Under the pieces are notes generated by a model, which made no database searches, had not been told where the DNA came from, and saw only the letters and a list, made by a program, of their open reading frames with translations. Positions 18,001 through 27,418 of a DNA stretch of 64,000 bases are shown in pieces. The position numbers and the translations under genes were made by a program. Source of the stretch: Sedimentisphaerales bacterium (lineage in GTDB: Bacteria > Planctomycetota > Phycisphaerae > Sedimentisphaerales > SM23-30); the NCBI GenBank assembly GCA_963666285.1, contig OY762711.1, one strand, 5' to 3'. Numbering within the stretch: the first letter of the stretch is position 1; the number at the start of each line of letters is the position of its first letter.

Positions 18001-19635
18001 AATGTAGAAGGAAGAAGTGCTGTTGGTGGTCTAGTGGGAAATAATTATGGCACTATTGTTAACAGTTACAGTACAGGTGATGTTAGCAGTTCTAATAATT
18101 ATGTTGGTGGTCTTGTTGGGACATTTACATCAGGAGATATGAGTAATTGCTATAGCACCGGAAAAGTGAACGGTTTACATTTTATTGGCGGTTTGGTAGG
18201 AGATTATCAACCAGAAACTGACAATGTCTGCAATTGTTATTTTTATGTTCATAGCGGTCCTAATAATGGCTATGGAATGTATCTTGATGATGTTGGCTTA
18301 GAGTCAAAATCCAGTTTTTTCGGTTTTGATTTTACAGGTGATGATACAGATGGCTCGGAAGATATTTGGGAAATTGATCCAGGTTACATGCCTAGACTTG
18401 TTTGGCAGGAAACTCTGGGCTTTAATGCTCCATATTTAATTGACAATATTTCTACCAGCTTAACCGGCAGTGGTTATCCTGATGCCCCATTTATTATAGA
18501 TAATTTAGATGATTTGCTGGAGTTTAAGAATAATAATGCACTTCGTATCGGATGCTATAGTTTAACGAGTGATATTGATTTAGCTAGCGTAACATATACA
18601 GAAGCGTTTATACCGGATGATTTTTTCGGAATATTCCAGGGTAATGGTCATCGTATTTCTAATTTAATGATTGATGGTGATTCTTACCTTGGTTTTTATA
18701 GTAAATTATGTGGTACCGTTGGTAATCTTGTCCTAGAGAATGTGTTCATAAATGGCTCAGATGATTATGTTGGCGGTTTGGTAGGAGACAATTATTATGG
18801 CAATATCATTAATTGTAATGTTTCAGGCAGTGTATCCGGTTTAGATCGTTATGTTGGTGGATTAGCGGGAGACAATTATTATGGCAGTATTAGCAATTGC
18901 TATTCCAGTTCAATTGTTACCGGCTATCGTTATGTTGGCGGCTTGGTGGGAAACAACTACAATGGTATAATTACCAAAAGTTATAACACCGGTACAACAA
19001 ATGGTACTGGTTATTCTATCGGCGGACTTACAGGAGAAAATTATAATGGTAGCATAAGCAGTAGTTTTAGTACCGGAATTGTGAACGGAGAAAGCTATAC
19101 AGGCGGCCTGTGTGGATCGAATTCCAGTGGAGATGTGAGTAACTGCTATGCCACAGGAGATGTTATTGGTTTTTATTCTGTCGGCGGTTTGGTAGGAGAG
19201 AATAATTATGCAAATATCAGTTACAGTTACAGTATCGGAGCAGTTTCTGGTAATAGTGTTGTGGGTGGATTTTGTGGAAATAATATTAGTGCCACTATCA
19301 GCAGTTGTTTCTGGGATATTGAAACTTCTGGTAGGACAATGAGTAATGGAAGTATTGGCAAATCAACAGCAGAGATGCAGATGGTAAGCACCTTCACTGA
19401 TGCGGGTTGGGATTTTGTAGGTGAGGATGGAAATGGTAGTGAGGATTTGTGGCGTATGCCGTATGCTATGCCGGGTTATCCGATACTGGCGTGGCAGAAG
19501 GATATCGCGGGCGATATAGCAGGTGGATATGGTGTGGATATGGAAGATGCAGCTCTGCTGGCGAGTGGTTGGATGGAGAACTATACAAAGGCAGATTTGG
19601 AAACTCTGGCGTCTAACTGGCTGGCGGGGAAGTGA
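15076..19635 (+). CDS. Large secreted GLUG-repeat protein with a PASTA-like domain and dockerin-like C-terminus
   Basis: Signal peptide, many VGGLVG..NCYSTG repeats, GSGTxxDPYLI repeats, IPEGNVISQFP (PASTA-like); start taken at ATG 15076. Confidence 0.85.
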   Translation: MKNIITCVLIVLLWMSTFAFGVGGVLPGSGTVSDPYLIEDLADFDVFADEANAGTYWASGVYAKLVCDIDLNGRVYDRAVIAWDTDDTNGVNFDGADYSGIFEGNNHIISNISLETYYYAGLFGRLNNGSILNLGVENINITSSNGYSEYVGGLVSCSISSLINNCYTIATIETGGSMVGGLAGCNGYGSTIEKCYSNATVSGYQLIGGLVGLNKSSGTINESYAIGYISGSRLVGGLAGRNYGGSIYWSNASSTVSCDNEMVGGLAGGSSTGSIISNCYSTGTITGDAYKAGGLIGDLEYGQLLSCYSHCSVSGSNSVGGLIGSAKVLDVEYCYSTGVVSGSRYPGGFMGYLYSGSSGIKSCFWDVDSSGMTNGFSSYNIGTISELQGLNTGEMQTRSTFTDAGWDFIDESSNGTDDFWSMKLYPILSINTDGFISIPDITSLPQIDAEALIISSGFVPGNISYDYNSIIPEGNVISQFPLAGKMRVSGAYINYTLSLGVYPITGLGTKESPYIISDFEGFNIFCDPENAVKYWEEGVYTRLDNDIDLDPVLPDRQLYTMAPISPDSAGSGYQGKEFSGVFDGSGKIVSNLTIDGSYYCGMFGRIGTSGSVINLGLENVSVTGSFDNISGLAGESSGNVSNCYITGIVSGRDAVGGLVAENNRGSIDNCYSTCSVTGDYEIGGLVGSNYFGSISNCYSIGIVDGNLLEGGLVGSDLSGIISNCYLYIYCGLNNGHGIPLDDTGLETKSSFSGFDFTGDNADGSGDYWAIEPGYMPRLVWQESPGFNAPYLIDNITTSLLGSGYSDDPFIIDSYSDLMIFKSDSSLRIGYYSLTTDIDLSGITYTEAFIPDDFFGIFQGNGHRISNLTIDSDSNLGLFGRLNGTVDNLILDDISINGTGSYVGGAAGNNYYGIISNCYVTGSIVGLGNYVGGLAGRSYGNISNCCNESNISGSYQSTGGLTGDNSGRVMKSYSTGNVEGRSAVGGLVGNNYGTIVNSYSTGDVSSSNNYVGGLVGTFTSGDMSNCYSTGKVNGLHFIGGLVGDYQPETDNVCNCYFYVHSGPNNGYGMYLDDVGLESKSSFFGFDFTGDDTDGSEDIWEIDPGYMPRLVWQETLGFNAPYLIDNISTSLTGSGYPDAPFIIDNLDDLLEFKNNNALRIGCYSLTSDIDLASVTYTEAFIPDDFFGIFQGNGHRISNLMIDGDSYLGFYSKLCGTVGNLVLENVFINGSDDYVGGLVGDNYYGNIINCNVSGSVSGLDRYVGGLAGDNYYGSISNCYSSSIVTGYRYVGGLVGNNYNGIITKSYNTGTTNGTGYSIGGLTGENYNGSISSSFSTGIVNGESYTGGLCGSNSSGDVSNCYATGDVIGFYSVGGLVGENNYANISYSYSIGAVSGNSVVGGFCGNNISATISSCFWDIETSGRTMSNGSIGKSTAEMQMVSTFTDAGWDFVGEDGNGSEDLWRMPYAMPGYPILAWQKDIAGDIAGGYGVDMEDAALLASGWMENYTKADLETLASNWLAGK

Positions 19636-19809
19636 GAAAACAGTGGTTAGGTTACAGGTGCCAGAGTATAGGGTTTGAAAGCCGCGGGCCTTTGATGTAC
19701 TCAGGGCAGACGGCAAGGTAATTTATATAAGTGTGTTTTAGTTTTGTGTATTATGCGAGGCATGCTTGTGGCAGTTCAGCATTGTACACGTAATGTCTGA
19801 TAGTGAAAT

Positions 19810-19968
19810 TAGAGCAATTTAATTTTTCGTGTTCGCTTTTTACCTGTTGCGGCTTCGGCTGACTTCATCAGAAATACTCGTAATATATCAATATTCCTGT
19901 GTTTTCTTCTTTATCAGCCTCGTCCTCACAGAGGCAAAAATCGGAACAGAAAATATTAAAGTGCTCTA
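19810..19968. mobile_element. MITE-like palindromic element, copy 1
   Basis: TIR TAGAGCAATTTAAT / ATTAAAGTGCTCTA with TA at both ends; homologous to 27037-27215 in the opposite orientation. Confidence 0.75.
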
Positions 19969-20061
19969 GAATTGCAGTTGAACGCAAATAATGCGTATAG
20001 GAAGAAGGGATAATGTAGTCGATGGCTGCATATAGAAATTGTGAAAACAGGAGAGTCTAAA

Positions 20062-23000
20062 ATGCAAAAGCTGAGTCTAATGATTTTGAGTCTGGTTTTG
20101 GTAGTAAGTGGGATGGTAAATGCTGCTGGTGGGGCTATGCCGGGGAGTGGGACGGAGTCTGATCCGTATTTGATAGAGGATCTGGCGGATTTTGATGTGT
20201 TTGCGGATGAGGCTAATGCCGGGACATATTGGTCGAGCGGTGTGTATACGAAACTGGTGTGTGATATAGATTTGAGCGGTCGGGTGTATGACAAGGCAGT
20301 GATAGCACCGGATACAGATAATACACAATTATGGTATCAGGGGAATAATTACTATGGAGTTTTTGATGGAAATGGTCATAAAATAACCGGTTTGACAATT
20401 ACGCCAACTGCCGGAGAAGATTATCTTGGCCTGTTTGGCAGGCTTTTGGGTTCTACAGCTGCAATAAAAAATCTTAATGTAGAAAATTATTCTATAACAG
20501 GAACCAACTTAAGTGATGTGTTGGGAGCAATATGCGGGATGTGTGTAGAAGCTAAGATTGATAGTTGTCATGGAAAAGGGATGGTGTCAGGATGTTATTA
20601 CCTAGGAGGTGTTTGCGGAGTATTAGCGGGAGGAGAAATAATTGACAGCAGTATAGAATGTGAAATTATTTGCAATAATAGTGTTTATGCCGGTGGTATA
20701 TGTGGTATTATTGATGGTAGTTCTTCTATAACAGACTGCTCCAGTGTAGGTGTAATATCAGGAATTGGTTTTACAAGAAAAATTGGTTGTTTGTGCGGCT
20801 ATAATAATTCATCGACGATCAGCAGGTGCTCGGCAGAAGGTTCGATCAGGCTTGGAGTTGATTCAGAATTAGTTGGCGGTTTTTGCGGCGAGAATAATTC
20901 TGGAACGATTGAACATAGCTATAGCCAGGTTTCTGTCGAAGGAGGTGACAGTTTAGGTGTGTTTTGTGGTTCGAACAATGACGGTACGATACGCAAATGT
21001 TATGCCAGTGGTGATATTCGTGGTGAAAGTAATGTTGGCGGTTTTTTGGGTTATAACAATACAGATGAATATTTAGTAACATATTGTTATTCTTCAGTTT
21101 TAGTATTAGGTATGGATAGGGATACAACGGGCGGCTTTTGTGGTGATTATGAATCCAAATCATCTTTATATTGTATCTACGATGGGGAAAAGAACAGTTA
21201 TTATTATGTTGGCGGTGCGTATCCTGCATCAACAGCCGAGATGCAAATGATGAGTACTTATACTGATAAAAACTGGGATTTTGTAAATTATTCTAATGGC
21301 GGGACAGATTCTGACTGGTATATGGCAGATTATCCGATATTATCATGGCAGATTGAAGAGTTCGTTGAGATGCCTTATGTTGGTAATATACTGCCGTCAG
21401 AAGCAGATGTTATGTTGGCTAATGCAGGTTTGCTTACAGGAGTGGTGAGCAATGAATACAGTAATGTTGTTGCAGAAGGTATGATAATCAGCCTGGAATA
21501 TGAAGCGGGAGACTATCTGGCAAGCGGTTCGAGTGTTGATTATACTGTATCTCTCGGAGTATGGCCGGTAGTGCCGGAGTTGGTAATGATGACATTGGCT
21601 GGCGCAGAATCGGCGATATTGGATGCCGGTCTGGAATTTGGTGGGGCCGGTTATGTTTACCATGATTTCTTCGAGCCGGGAAGAGTTTGCAGTCAGTATC
21701 CTGCTGCGGGTGTAATGTTAGGGGCTGGAGAGAAGGTATATATTAATGTTTCGCTGGGAGTGTGCCCGGGATTGGCAGGCAGCGGAACGGAGGAAGATCC
21801 TTACCTGATAGCGAGCCTGGCAGATTTTGTTGAGTTTTCTGATGTTGATAATGAAGGAGTTTACTGGGCGGAAGGTGTGTATGCCAGGCTAACAAATGAT
21901 ATTGATCTTGAGACAATGAATTATACAAACTCGGTTGTATCGTCATATAATGGTATTTTTGACGGTGATGGTCATGTGATAAGTAATTTGCGGATAGGAA
22001 GTATGGATGGTTTTGGTGACCTGGGACTGTTTGGTTGGCTGCGTGCAGGTTCTGTGGTAAGGGCTCTTGGTCTGGAAGATGTCGAAGTTCGGTCGGGTAA
22101 CAGGTCGAATTATATAGGCTCTCTTTGCGGGATGATTTATGGCGAAGGAGCAAAGATTGAGGGCTGCTATTCAACCGGAAGTGTAACAGCGGGCGAGGGA
22201 GTGAATTTTGTCGGCGGTCTGTGCGGCAGAGTGGCAAACGAAGGTGTATTGACAGATTCGTATTCAGTTTGTACGGTATCTGCAGGTAGGAACTCGGACA
22301 ATATTGGCGGTCTGTGTGGGGCAGTTAATGGCACAGTTGCTTATTGTTATGCCGGGGGAGATGTAAGTGGAGAAGGAGTTAGAGTCGGCGGATTGTGCGG
22401 CGGAATAGGTACGTGGTCGGGTATAACCGGGACAGTATCAAACAGCTATGCAACCGGTTCTATAAGCGGTGTGGATTATGTCGGCGGCTTTTGCGGGGAA
22501 AGTATTTCAGATGTAGTAATAAACTGTTATGCAACAGGCGAGGTAAGCGGCGAAGATTATATAGGAGGTTTTATTGGTTATGGCAGTGCGAGCGGCTGCT
22601 ATGCAACGGGAAATGTTACGGGGGCCTCTAAAGTAGGTGGCTTTGTCGGTTACGGCGGCGGCGAGAATTGTTATGCTACGGGTGAGGTTACGGGATTGGC
22701 TGAGGTTGGCGGTTTTGTCGGAACTTTGTATAATGTCGATGTGAAATATTGTTATTCGACCGGTAAGGTATCAGGGTATTCAGAAGTTGGTGGTTTTATC
22801 GGGGTATTAAAAGAAGGCGTTTCGGAGAGTAATTTCTGGGATGTTGAAGCGAGCGGATTCGGCAGTGTTGGTGATGTATGGGCAGGTTCAACCGGCATGA
22901 CAACGGCACAGATGCAGACGAGGCAGACGTATGGTGATGCGGATTGGAATATGGTTTATCAGGCTTCAAATTATGATTCCCGAGAATACATTGCGCCAGA

Positions 23001-24849
23001 TTGGTATATGGAAGAAGGCAGTTACCCTCAAAAGCCATGGGAGTTTGCATGTGATTTGCTGCCGGGTAAGGGTTCCAGTTACAATCCGTTTCTAATAGAG
23101 GATATCTCTGATTTTGATATTTTATGCGATACACGATATTTCTGTCACGAAGGCGTTCATGTGAAACTAATGTGCGACCTAGACCTTGAAGGAAGGGTTT
23201 ATGATAATTCACCAATAGCTCCTCAATGTTATAGATATTCTGACAATGAAAGATACGTTGAGGTTGGATTTGCCGGGGTATTTGATGGAAATGGTTATGT
23301 TATTAGTAATATTAACATTGAACCAGACGGCGATAATATTATGCAATGCATAGGTTTTTTTGGCAGGGTAAAAGGTGAAAATGCTGAAATTAAAAACCTT
23401 GGAATAGAAAACATAACGATATCAGATACGGTAATGGACAATTACGTTAATGTTTGGGAATATCGGTATGGTGGATTATGTGGTTCAAACCAATATGGCG
23501 TAATAAGAAATTGTTATACTACAGGAATGGTTGGCGGTATAGGATTGTACAGTCAGTTAAGTAATAGTAATGGCGGTTTGTGTGGATACAATCTAGCAGG
23601 CGAAATCACAGGTAGTCATTCATTATGTGATATTTCAGGCGGAGGTGGCGGTTTATGTGGCTGGAATAGGGGAGGTTCAATTACAAATTGTTATGCTGCA
23701 GGTGAAATATTTAATGGCGGCGGTGGTTTATGTGGATATTCACTTGATTATTCACCATCAGCATCATCAGATATTTATTATGCTTCAATAAAAGATTGCT
23801 ATGCTTCAGGAAATGTGAGCGGAAAAAGATATGTTGGAGGTTTTATAGCAAGAAATTGTAGTTTAGTTGAGAATTGTTATGCAACAGGAAATGTTGAAGG
23901 AATTGAATTTCTTGGCGGTTTTGCAAGTTCAAATGAATATGATAGTTTCGTATATCATGCAGGTAATATTTCGCAATGTCATTCGACAGGTGACGTGAAT
24001 GTCAATGTTCCGGCTGATTATATAATTGATGAGGTTTCGTATGCCGGCGGTTTTTGCGGTAAAGGACGTTCAGATATAACAAACTGTTATAGTGAAGGTA
24101 ATGTAACGGTGAATAATGAATGCCCGAATGCCTATAGTAAAGTCGGCGGTTTTTGCGGCGGGAGTGTGTCCTCAACTTTACGTATATCATATTGTTTTTC
24201 GACCGGTTCGGTTTATGCCGGGGCAAATAGCGAAAGTGTCGGCGGTTTTTGCGGATTTAGTAGCCAAGCAACGATATTCAGGAATTATTCCAGGGGCGAT
24301 GTTGAAGGCGGCAAATATGTTGGCGGTTTCCTTGGTTATGCAGATGGATGTTCGATAGGTTATAATTATTCAACAGGCGAGGTTGATGGAAATGAGAAAG
24401 TTGGTGGCTTTGCCGGATATTTTGAAAGTAATCGTGGCGGAGGTTCATTCTGGGATGTAGAGACAAGCGGCATGGCAGATCCAGAAGCAGGAGAGGAAGA
24501 TACTGACGGGATGGCAGGCAAAATGACATCAGAGATGTATGATATTGATACATATCTGGATGCGGGTTGGGATTTCAGATTTGGTCGTGGAAGCGGTACA
24601 ATCAGTTACTGGTATATGCCGGTAGATGATTATCCGATCTTGACCTGGCAGGAAGGTGTTCCGCTGACACCAGATATTGATGGTGATAGGGATATTGATA
24701 TAATAGATTTTACACGATTTGCCAGTTACTGGGGTGAGTGTGATTGTGGCGAGCCAGGCTGGTGCGGTGGAAGAGATTTTGATATGGATCGTTGTGTGAA
24801 TATGAATGATTTGCTTATACTGGCGTCTAACTGGCTGGCGTGGAAGTAA
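20062..24849 (+). CDS. Large secreted GLUG-repeat protein with two PASTA-like domains and dockerin-like C-terminus
   Basis: Signal peptide, VGGFCG/GGLCG repeats, PASTA-like segments, DIDGDRDIDIIDF...DFDMDRCVNMNDL C-terminus; GGAG RBS before ATG 20062. Confidence 0.85.
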   Translation: MQKLSLMILSLVLVVSGMVNAAGGAMPGSGTESDPYLIEDLADFDVFADEANAGTYWSSGVYTKLVCDIDLSGRVYDKAVIAPDTDNTQLWYQGNNYYGVFDGNGHKITGLTITPTAGEDYLGLFGRLLGSTAAIKNLNVENYSITGTNLSDVLGAICGMCVEAKIDSCHGKGMVSGCYYLGGVCGVLAGGEIIDSSIECEIICNNSVYAGGICGIIDGSSSITDCSSVGVISGIGFTRKIGCLCGYNNSSTISRCSAEGSIRLGVDSELVGGFCGENNSGTIEHSYSQVSVEGGDSLGVFCGSNNDGTIRKCYASGDIRGESNVGGFLGYNNTDEYLVTYCYSSVLVLGMDRDTTGGFCGDYESKSSLYCIYDGEKNSYYYVGGAYPASTAEMQMMSTYTDKNWDFVNYSNGGTDSDWYMADYPILSWQIEEFVEMPYVGNILPSEADVMLANAGLLTGVVSNEYSNVVAEGMIISLEYEAGDYLASGSSVDYTVSLGVWPVVPELVMMTLAGAESAILDAGLEFGGAGYVYHDFFEPGRVCSQYPAAGVMLGAGEKVYINVSLGVCPGLAGSGTEEDPYLIASLADFVEFSDVDNEGVYWAEGVYARLTNDIDLETMNYTNSVVSSYNGIFDGDGHVISNLRIGSMDGFGDLGLFGWLRAGSVVRALGLEDVEVRSGNRSNYIGSLCGMIYGEGAKIEGCYSTGSVTAGEGVNFVGGLCGRVANEGVLTDSYSVCTVSAGRNSDNIGGLCGAVNGTVAYCYAGGDVSGEGVRVGGLCGGIGTWSGITGTVSNSYATGSISGVDYVGGFCGESISDVVINCYATGEVSGEDYIGGFIGYGSASGCYATGNVTGASKVGGFVGYGGGENCYATGEVTGLAEVGGFVGTLYNVDVKYCYSTGKVSGYSEVGGFIGVLKEGVSESNFWDVEASGFGSVGDVWAGSTGMTTAQMQTRQTYGDADWNMVYQASNYDSREYIAPDWYMEEGSYPQKPWEFACDLLPGKGSSYNPFLIEDISDFDILCDTRYFCHEGVHVKLMCDLDLEGRVYDNSPIAPQCYRYSDNERYVEVGFAGVFDGNGYVISNINIEPDGDNIMQCIGFFGRVKGENAEIKNLGIENITISDTVMDNYVNVWEYRYGGLCGSNQYGVIRNCYTTGMVGGIGLYSQLSNSNGGLCGYNLAGEITGSHSLCDISGGGGGLCGWNRGGSITNCYAAGEIFNGGGGLCGYSLDYSPSASSDIYYASIKDCYASGNVSGKRYVGGFIARNCSLVENCYATGNVEGIEFLGGFASSNEYDSFVYHAGNISQCHSTGDVNVNVPADYIIDEVSYAGGFCGKGRSDITNCYSEGNVTVNNECPNAYSKVGGFCGGSVSSTLRISYCFSTGSVYAGANSESVGGFCGFSSQATIFRNYSRGDVEGGKYVGGFLGYADGCSIGYNYSTGEVDGNEKVGGFAGYFESNRGGGSFWDVETSGMADPEAGEEDTDGMAGKMTSEMYDIDTYLDAGWDFRFGRGSGTISYWYMPVDDYPILTWQEGVPLTPDIDGDRDIDIIDFTRFASYWGECDCGEPGWCGGRDFDMDRCVNMNDLLILASNWLAWK

Positions 24850-24923
24850 TTTTCAGTAAAAAGAATTAACTTTTGTGTGGGCATTCTTCTGATTCATTAC
24901 AGGAGATGCCCATTTTTTTTCAG

Positions 24924-25973
24924 CTATTTCCCGTAGCAGATGCTCGGTCCGAGGTGGTTGGGGAAGTGGTTGTTTTCGAAGAGGAACTTGCGGGTATCAT
25001 AGCACAGGTGGCATTTGCCGGTGTAAGTCGGCTTGGGCCGGAATCCGAGCGTGACGGCGTGTTGGGCCAGCCCGTAGGGTCCGGAATTGGTGAGGGTAGA
25101 CCATATCGGATGGGTGGTGAAGTTATAGTCTAGCCATAGGTCTTTGAGCGAGTATTCCGAGTTGATTTTGCCGGTGATAATGCCTATGCAGGTGCTGCTG
25201 AAGACATTTCCCATGCCGTCGATATGGACACCCTTGGCGTCCATGTGTGATTTACGGCATCCGGCGGATTTGAACTGTTCAAACGGTTTCTGGTCAACGA
25301 GAGGAGCGAGTTGTTCAGCGGCTCGGCCAACCATCCGTTCGGGAATTTTGGCGAGAGCGTCTTTGAATGCCTGGTTTAGCTGAGTTTGGCTCATGGATTC
25401 GGTGTGGGTCGGATTAGCGGCGAAATCCCGCCATCGAACCTGTACTTTATCATCGCCGAGTATTTCCGTTGCAATACGTATGCCCCGCTGTACGCATTCT
25501 GTTGGGACATATTGCTGATGATAGCAGTCTGTGCTTATTTGCAGTTTTGTGAGGCCAAGATTGGCGAGTTCTTCTATTCTTTTGGTTGTAATATCGTCAT
25601 TTATACACCATGCTGCGTTGGTTTCGACCTTTTCGAGCCCTCCGAGACGTTCCTGCTGAGCGATTTTGAGGGTGTCGCGCAGAGTTTCATATCGCAGGAA
25701 AGGTTCGCCTCCGGTAATATGTACCAGTCCCTCCTGTCCGCAAAGCTGCCGGGTAGCACGCCAGCAGTCGATAGCCATTTCGAGCGACATTTCAGTATCG
25801 GGTGAGTTGATATCCGGGGCGGAAAAGACATAGCAGCAGGCGCAGGCCGCGGGGCATCGGTAGGTGAGCATAATGCCAACAGACCGCCATAGTTTATACT
25901 TTGGAGCATTGCGAGGCTGGTCCATATTGAAGGCATTTTCGTATAGATTAACAGGTTCTTTCTTATTTGTCAT
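24924..25973 (-). CDS. Radical SAM protein with Cys-rich C-terminal (SPASM-like) region
   Basis: CPAACACC, ITGGEPF, ETNA, CHLCY; start at MTNKK (ORF extends to 26021). Confidence 0.85.
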   Translation of the reverse strand: MTNKKEPVNLYENAFNMDQPRNAPKYKLWRSVGIMLTYRCPAACACCYVFSAPDINSPDTEMSLEMAIDCWRATRQLCGQEGLVHITGGEPFLRYETLRDTLKIAQQERLGGLEKVETNAAWCINDDITTKRIEELANLGLTKLQISTDCYHQQYVPTECVQRGIRIATEILGDDKVQVRWRDFAANPTHTESMSQTQLNQAFKDALAKIPERMVGRAAEQLAPLVDQKPFEQFKSAGCRKSHMDAKGVHIDGMGNVFSSTCIGIITGKINSEYSLKDLWLDYNFTTHPIWSTLTNSGPYGLAQHAVTLGFRPKPTYTGKCHLCYDTRKFLFENNHFPNHLGPSICYGK

Positions 25974-26477
25974 ACAGGGAATTTTAGCTTTTTGAGTCGA
26001 AATTAGCAAGGAAAGATACAAACTTCAGACTATCAGTAAGTCAGTTTGTGGTTATGGAAGATTGGAGTATGAAGAGTTAAGGTATTGCATGCCGGTAAAA
26101 CTGTTAAATAATGGCAGAAAAGCCGTTAAACAAGCGAATAACCTGTTATTTCATGGTAATATTGATTATAGTTTTCGTTAGATTTTTTGAGAGAGGAAAG
26201 TGGAAAAATGCTCTGTAGATAGCTCTAAAATGGCAGGAAAAGGCCTGAAACGTAAAAATTTTGCATTTTTAGCGATTTTTTTATACTTTTTCTCAACTTT
26301 TTGCTTTGCAAAAACCGATTTAGAGAGTAAAAATAGAGCTATATTATCGGACATGACTATTTCGTTATGAATTAAGCTTTATTTAAAGGACTGGATAAAG
26401 AGAGATACTTTGTACTGTGTGCGGCATAACGTAAGGCCGCTTGTATTATATTACTTATTCTCATGGAGGATACGATT

Positions 26478-26735
26478 ATGGCGAAAAAAGCCGCGAAGAA
26501 AACTGCTAAAAAACCTGCTAAGAAAGCTGCTGCTAAAAAACCTGCTAAGAAAGCTGCATCAAGAGAAGTATTGGTTGTAGCCAGCAAGGTAAAAGCTTAC
26601 ATCAAGAGCAAAGGCATGATGTGCAGCAGTGACGCTGTTCAGGCACTATCAGAAAAAATTTACTGCATCCTGGATTGTGCATGCACACGCACCGAAGCTA
26701 ACCGTCGCAGCACAGTTAAGCCTCAGGATCTGTAA
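26478..26735 (+). CDS. Bacterial histone-fold protein with Lys/Ala-rich N-terminal tail
   Basis: Core EVLVVASKVKAYIKSKGM..SSDAVQALSEKI...RRSTVKPQDL resembles Bdellovibrio HBb/Bd0055 (recalled as EVLVVTSKVKKLIK...RKTVMARDI); GGAGG RBS at 26465-26469. Confidence 0.85.
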   Translation: MAKKAAKKTAKKPAKKAAAKKPAKKAASREVLVVASKVKAYIKSKGMMCSSDAVQALSEKIYCILDCACTRTEANRRSTVKPQDL

Positions 26736-26974
26736 TTTTTGTGGTGTTCCTGATGAGTGTTTAGCGAAAGCGGTAATACATTTTCGCTAAAGATGATAAG
26801 GCTGAGAGTAATATCTTCTCAGATAAGAAATCATCGAAGTGTCTCATAACTGCACTGTGGTAAATATCGCAAATGCGGGGGTTGTGCTTATATTCGTAGG
26901 GTACAATTTTACGCTAAAGGTGACAGTAGTATTTGAGAACAGATTACGATTCAGTAAAACCCGAAAAGACAAAG

Positions 26975-27004
26975 AAAAGCCGGGCATTTATGTTCGGCTT
27001 TTTT
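26975..27004 (+). terminator. Rho-independent terminator
   Basis: AAAAGCCGGGC-ATTTAT-GTTCGGCTTTTTT. Confidence 0.75.
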
Positions 27005-27036
27005 ATTTTAAATCAAGCAGGTTAATTCCGGAAGCA

Positions 27037-27215
27037 TAGAGCAATTTAATTTTTTTGTTCCGATTTATGCCTCAGTGAGGACGAGGCTGACAAAGAAGAA
27101 AACACAGTAATATTCATATATTGTGAGTATTTCTGTTGAAGTCAGCCGAAACCGCAACAGGCAAAAAGCGAATACGTCATAAAGTGATGCGAAGCATAAA
27201 AATTAGATTGCTCAA
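27037..27215. mobile_element. MITE-like palindromic element, copy 2 (inverted, small insertion near right end)
   Basis: TAGAGCAATTTAAT...AATTAGATTGCTC; interior is the reverse complement of 19810-19968 (e.g. GAGGACGAGGCTGA, GAAGTCAGCCGAA). Confidence 0.7.
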
Positions 27216-27418
27216 AAAGTAGCCTTGCCGACCTCTTGCCTCGTAGCCAGAATCCGGCATACCTTTTTTTGTAGTTTAGCGAAGCTTGCCCCTCGGCAAC
27301 CGTAGCGGGCAGCAGTTCGCTGTTTTCTTTTCACATAAATGGACCCGGTACCGGCCTTTGCGGATAATGTTGAACAGTTAAAACTACGCCTTGTATAAGA
27401 TGCGTAGCATAAAGCGTA

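Noticed and set aside
15076..24849. Diversity-generating retroelement acting on the GLUG genes
   Set aside because: No reverse transcriptase and no template/variable repeat pair with adenine-specific differences was seen
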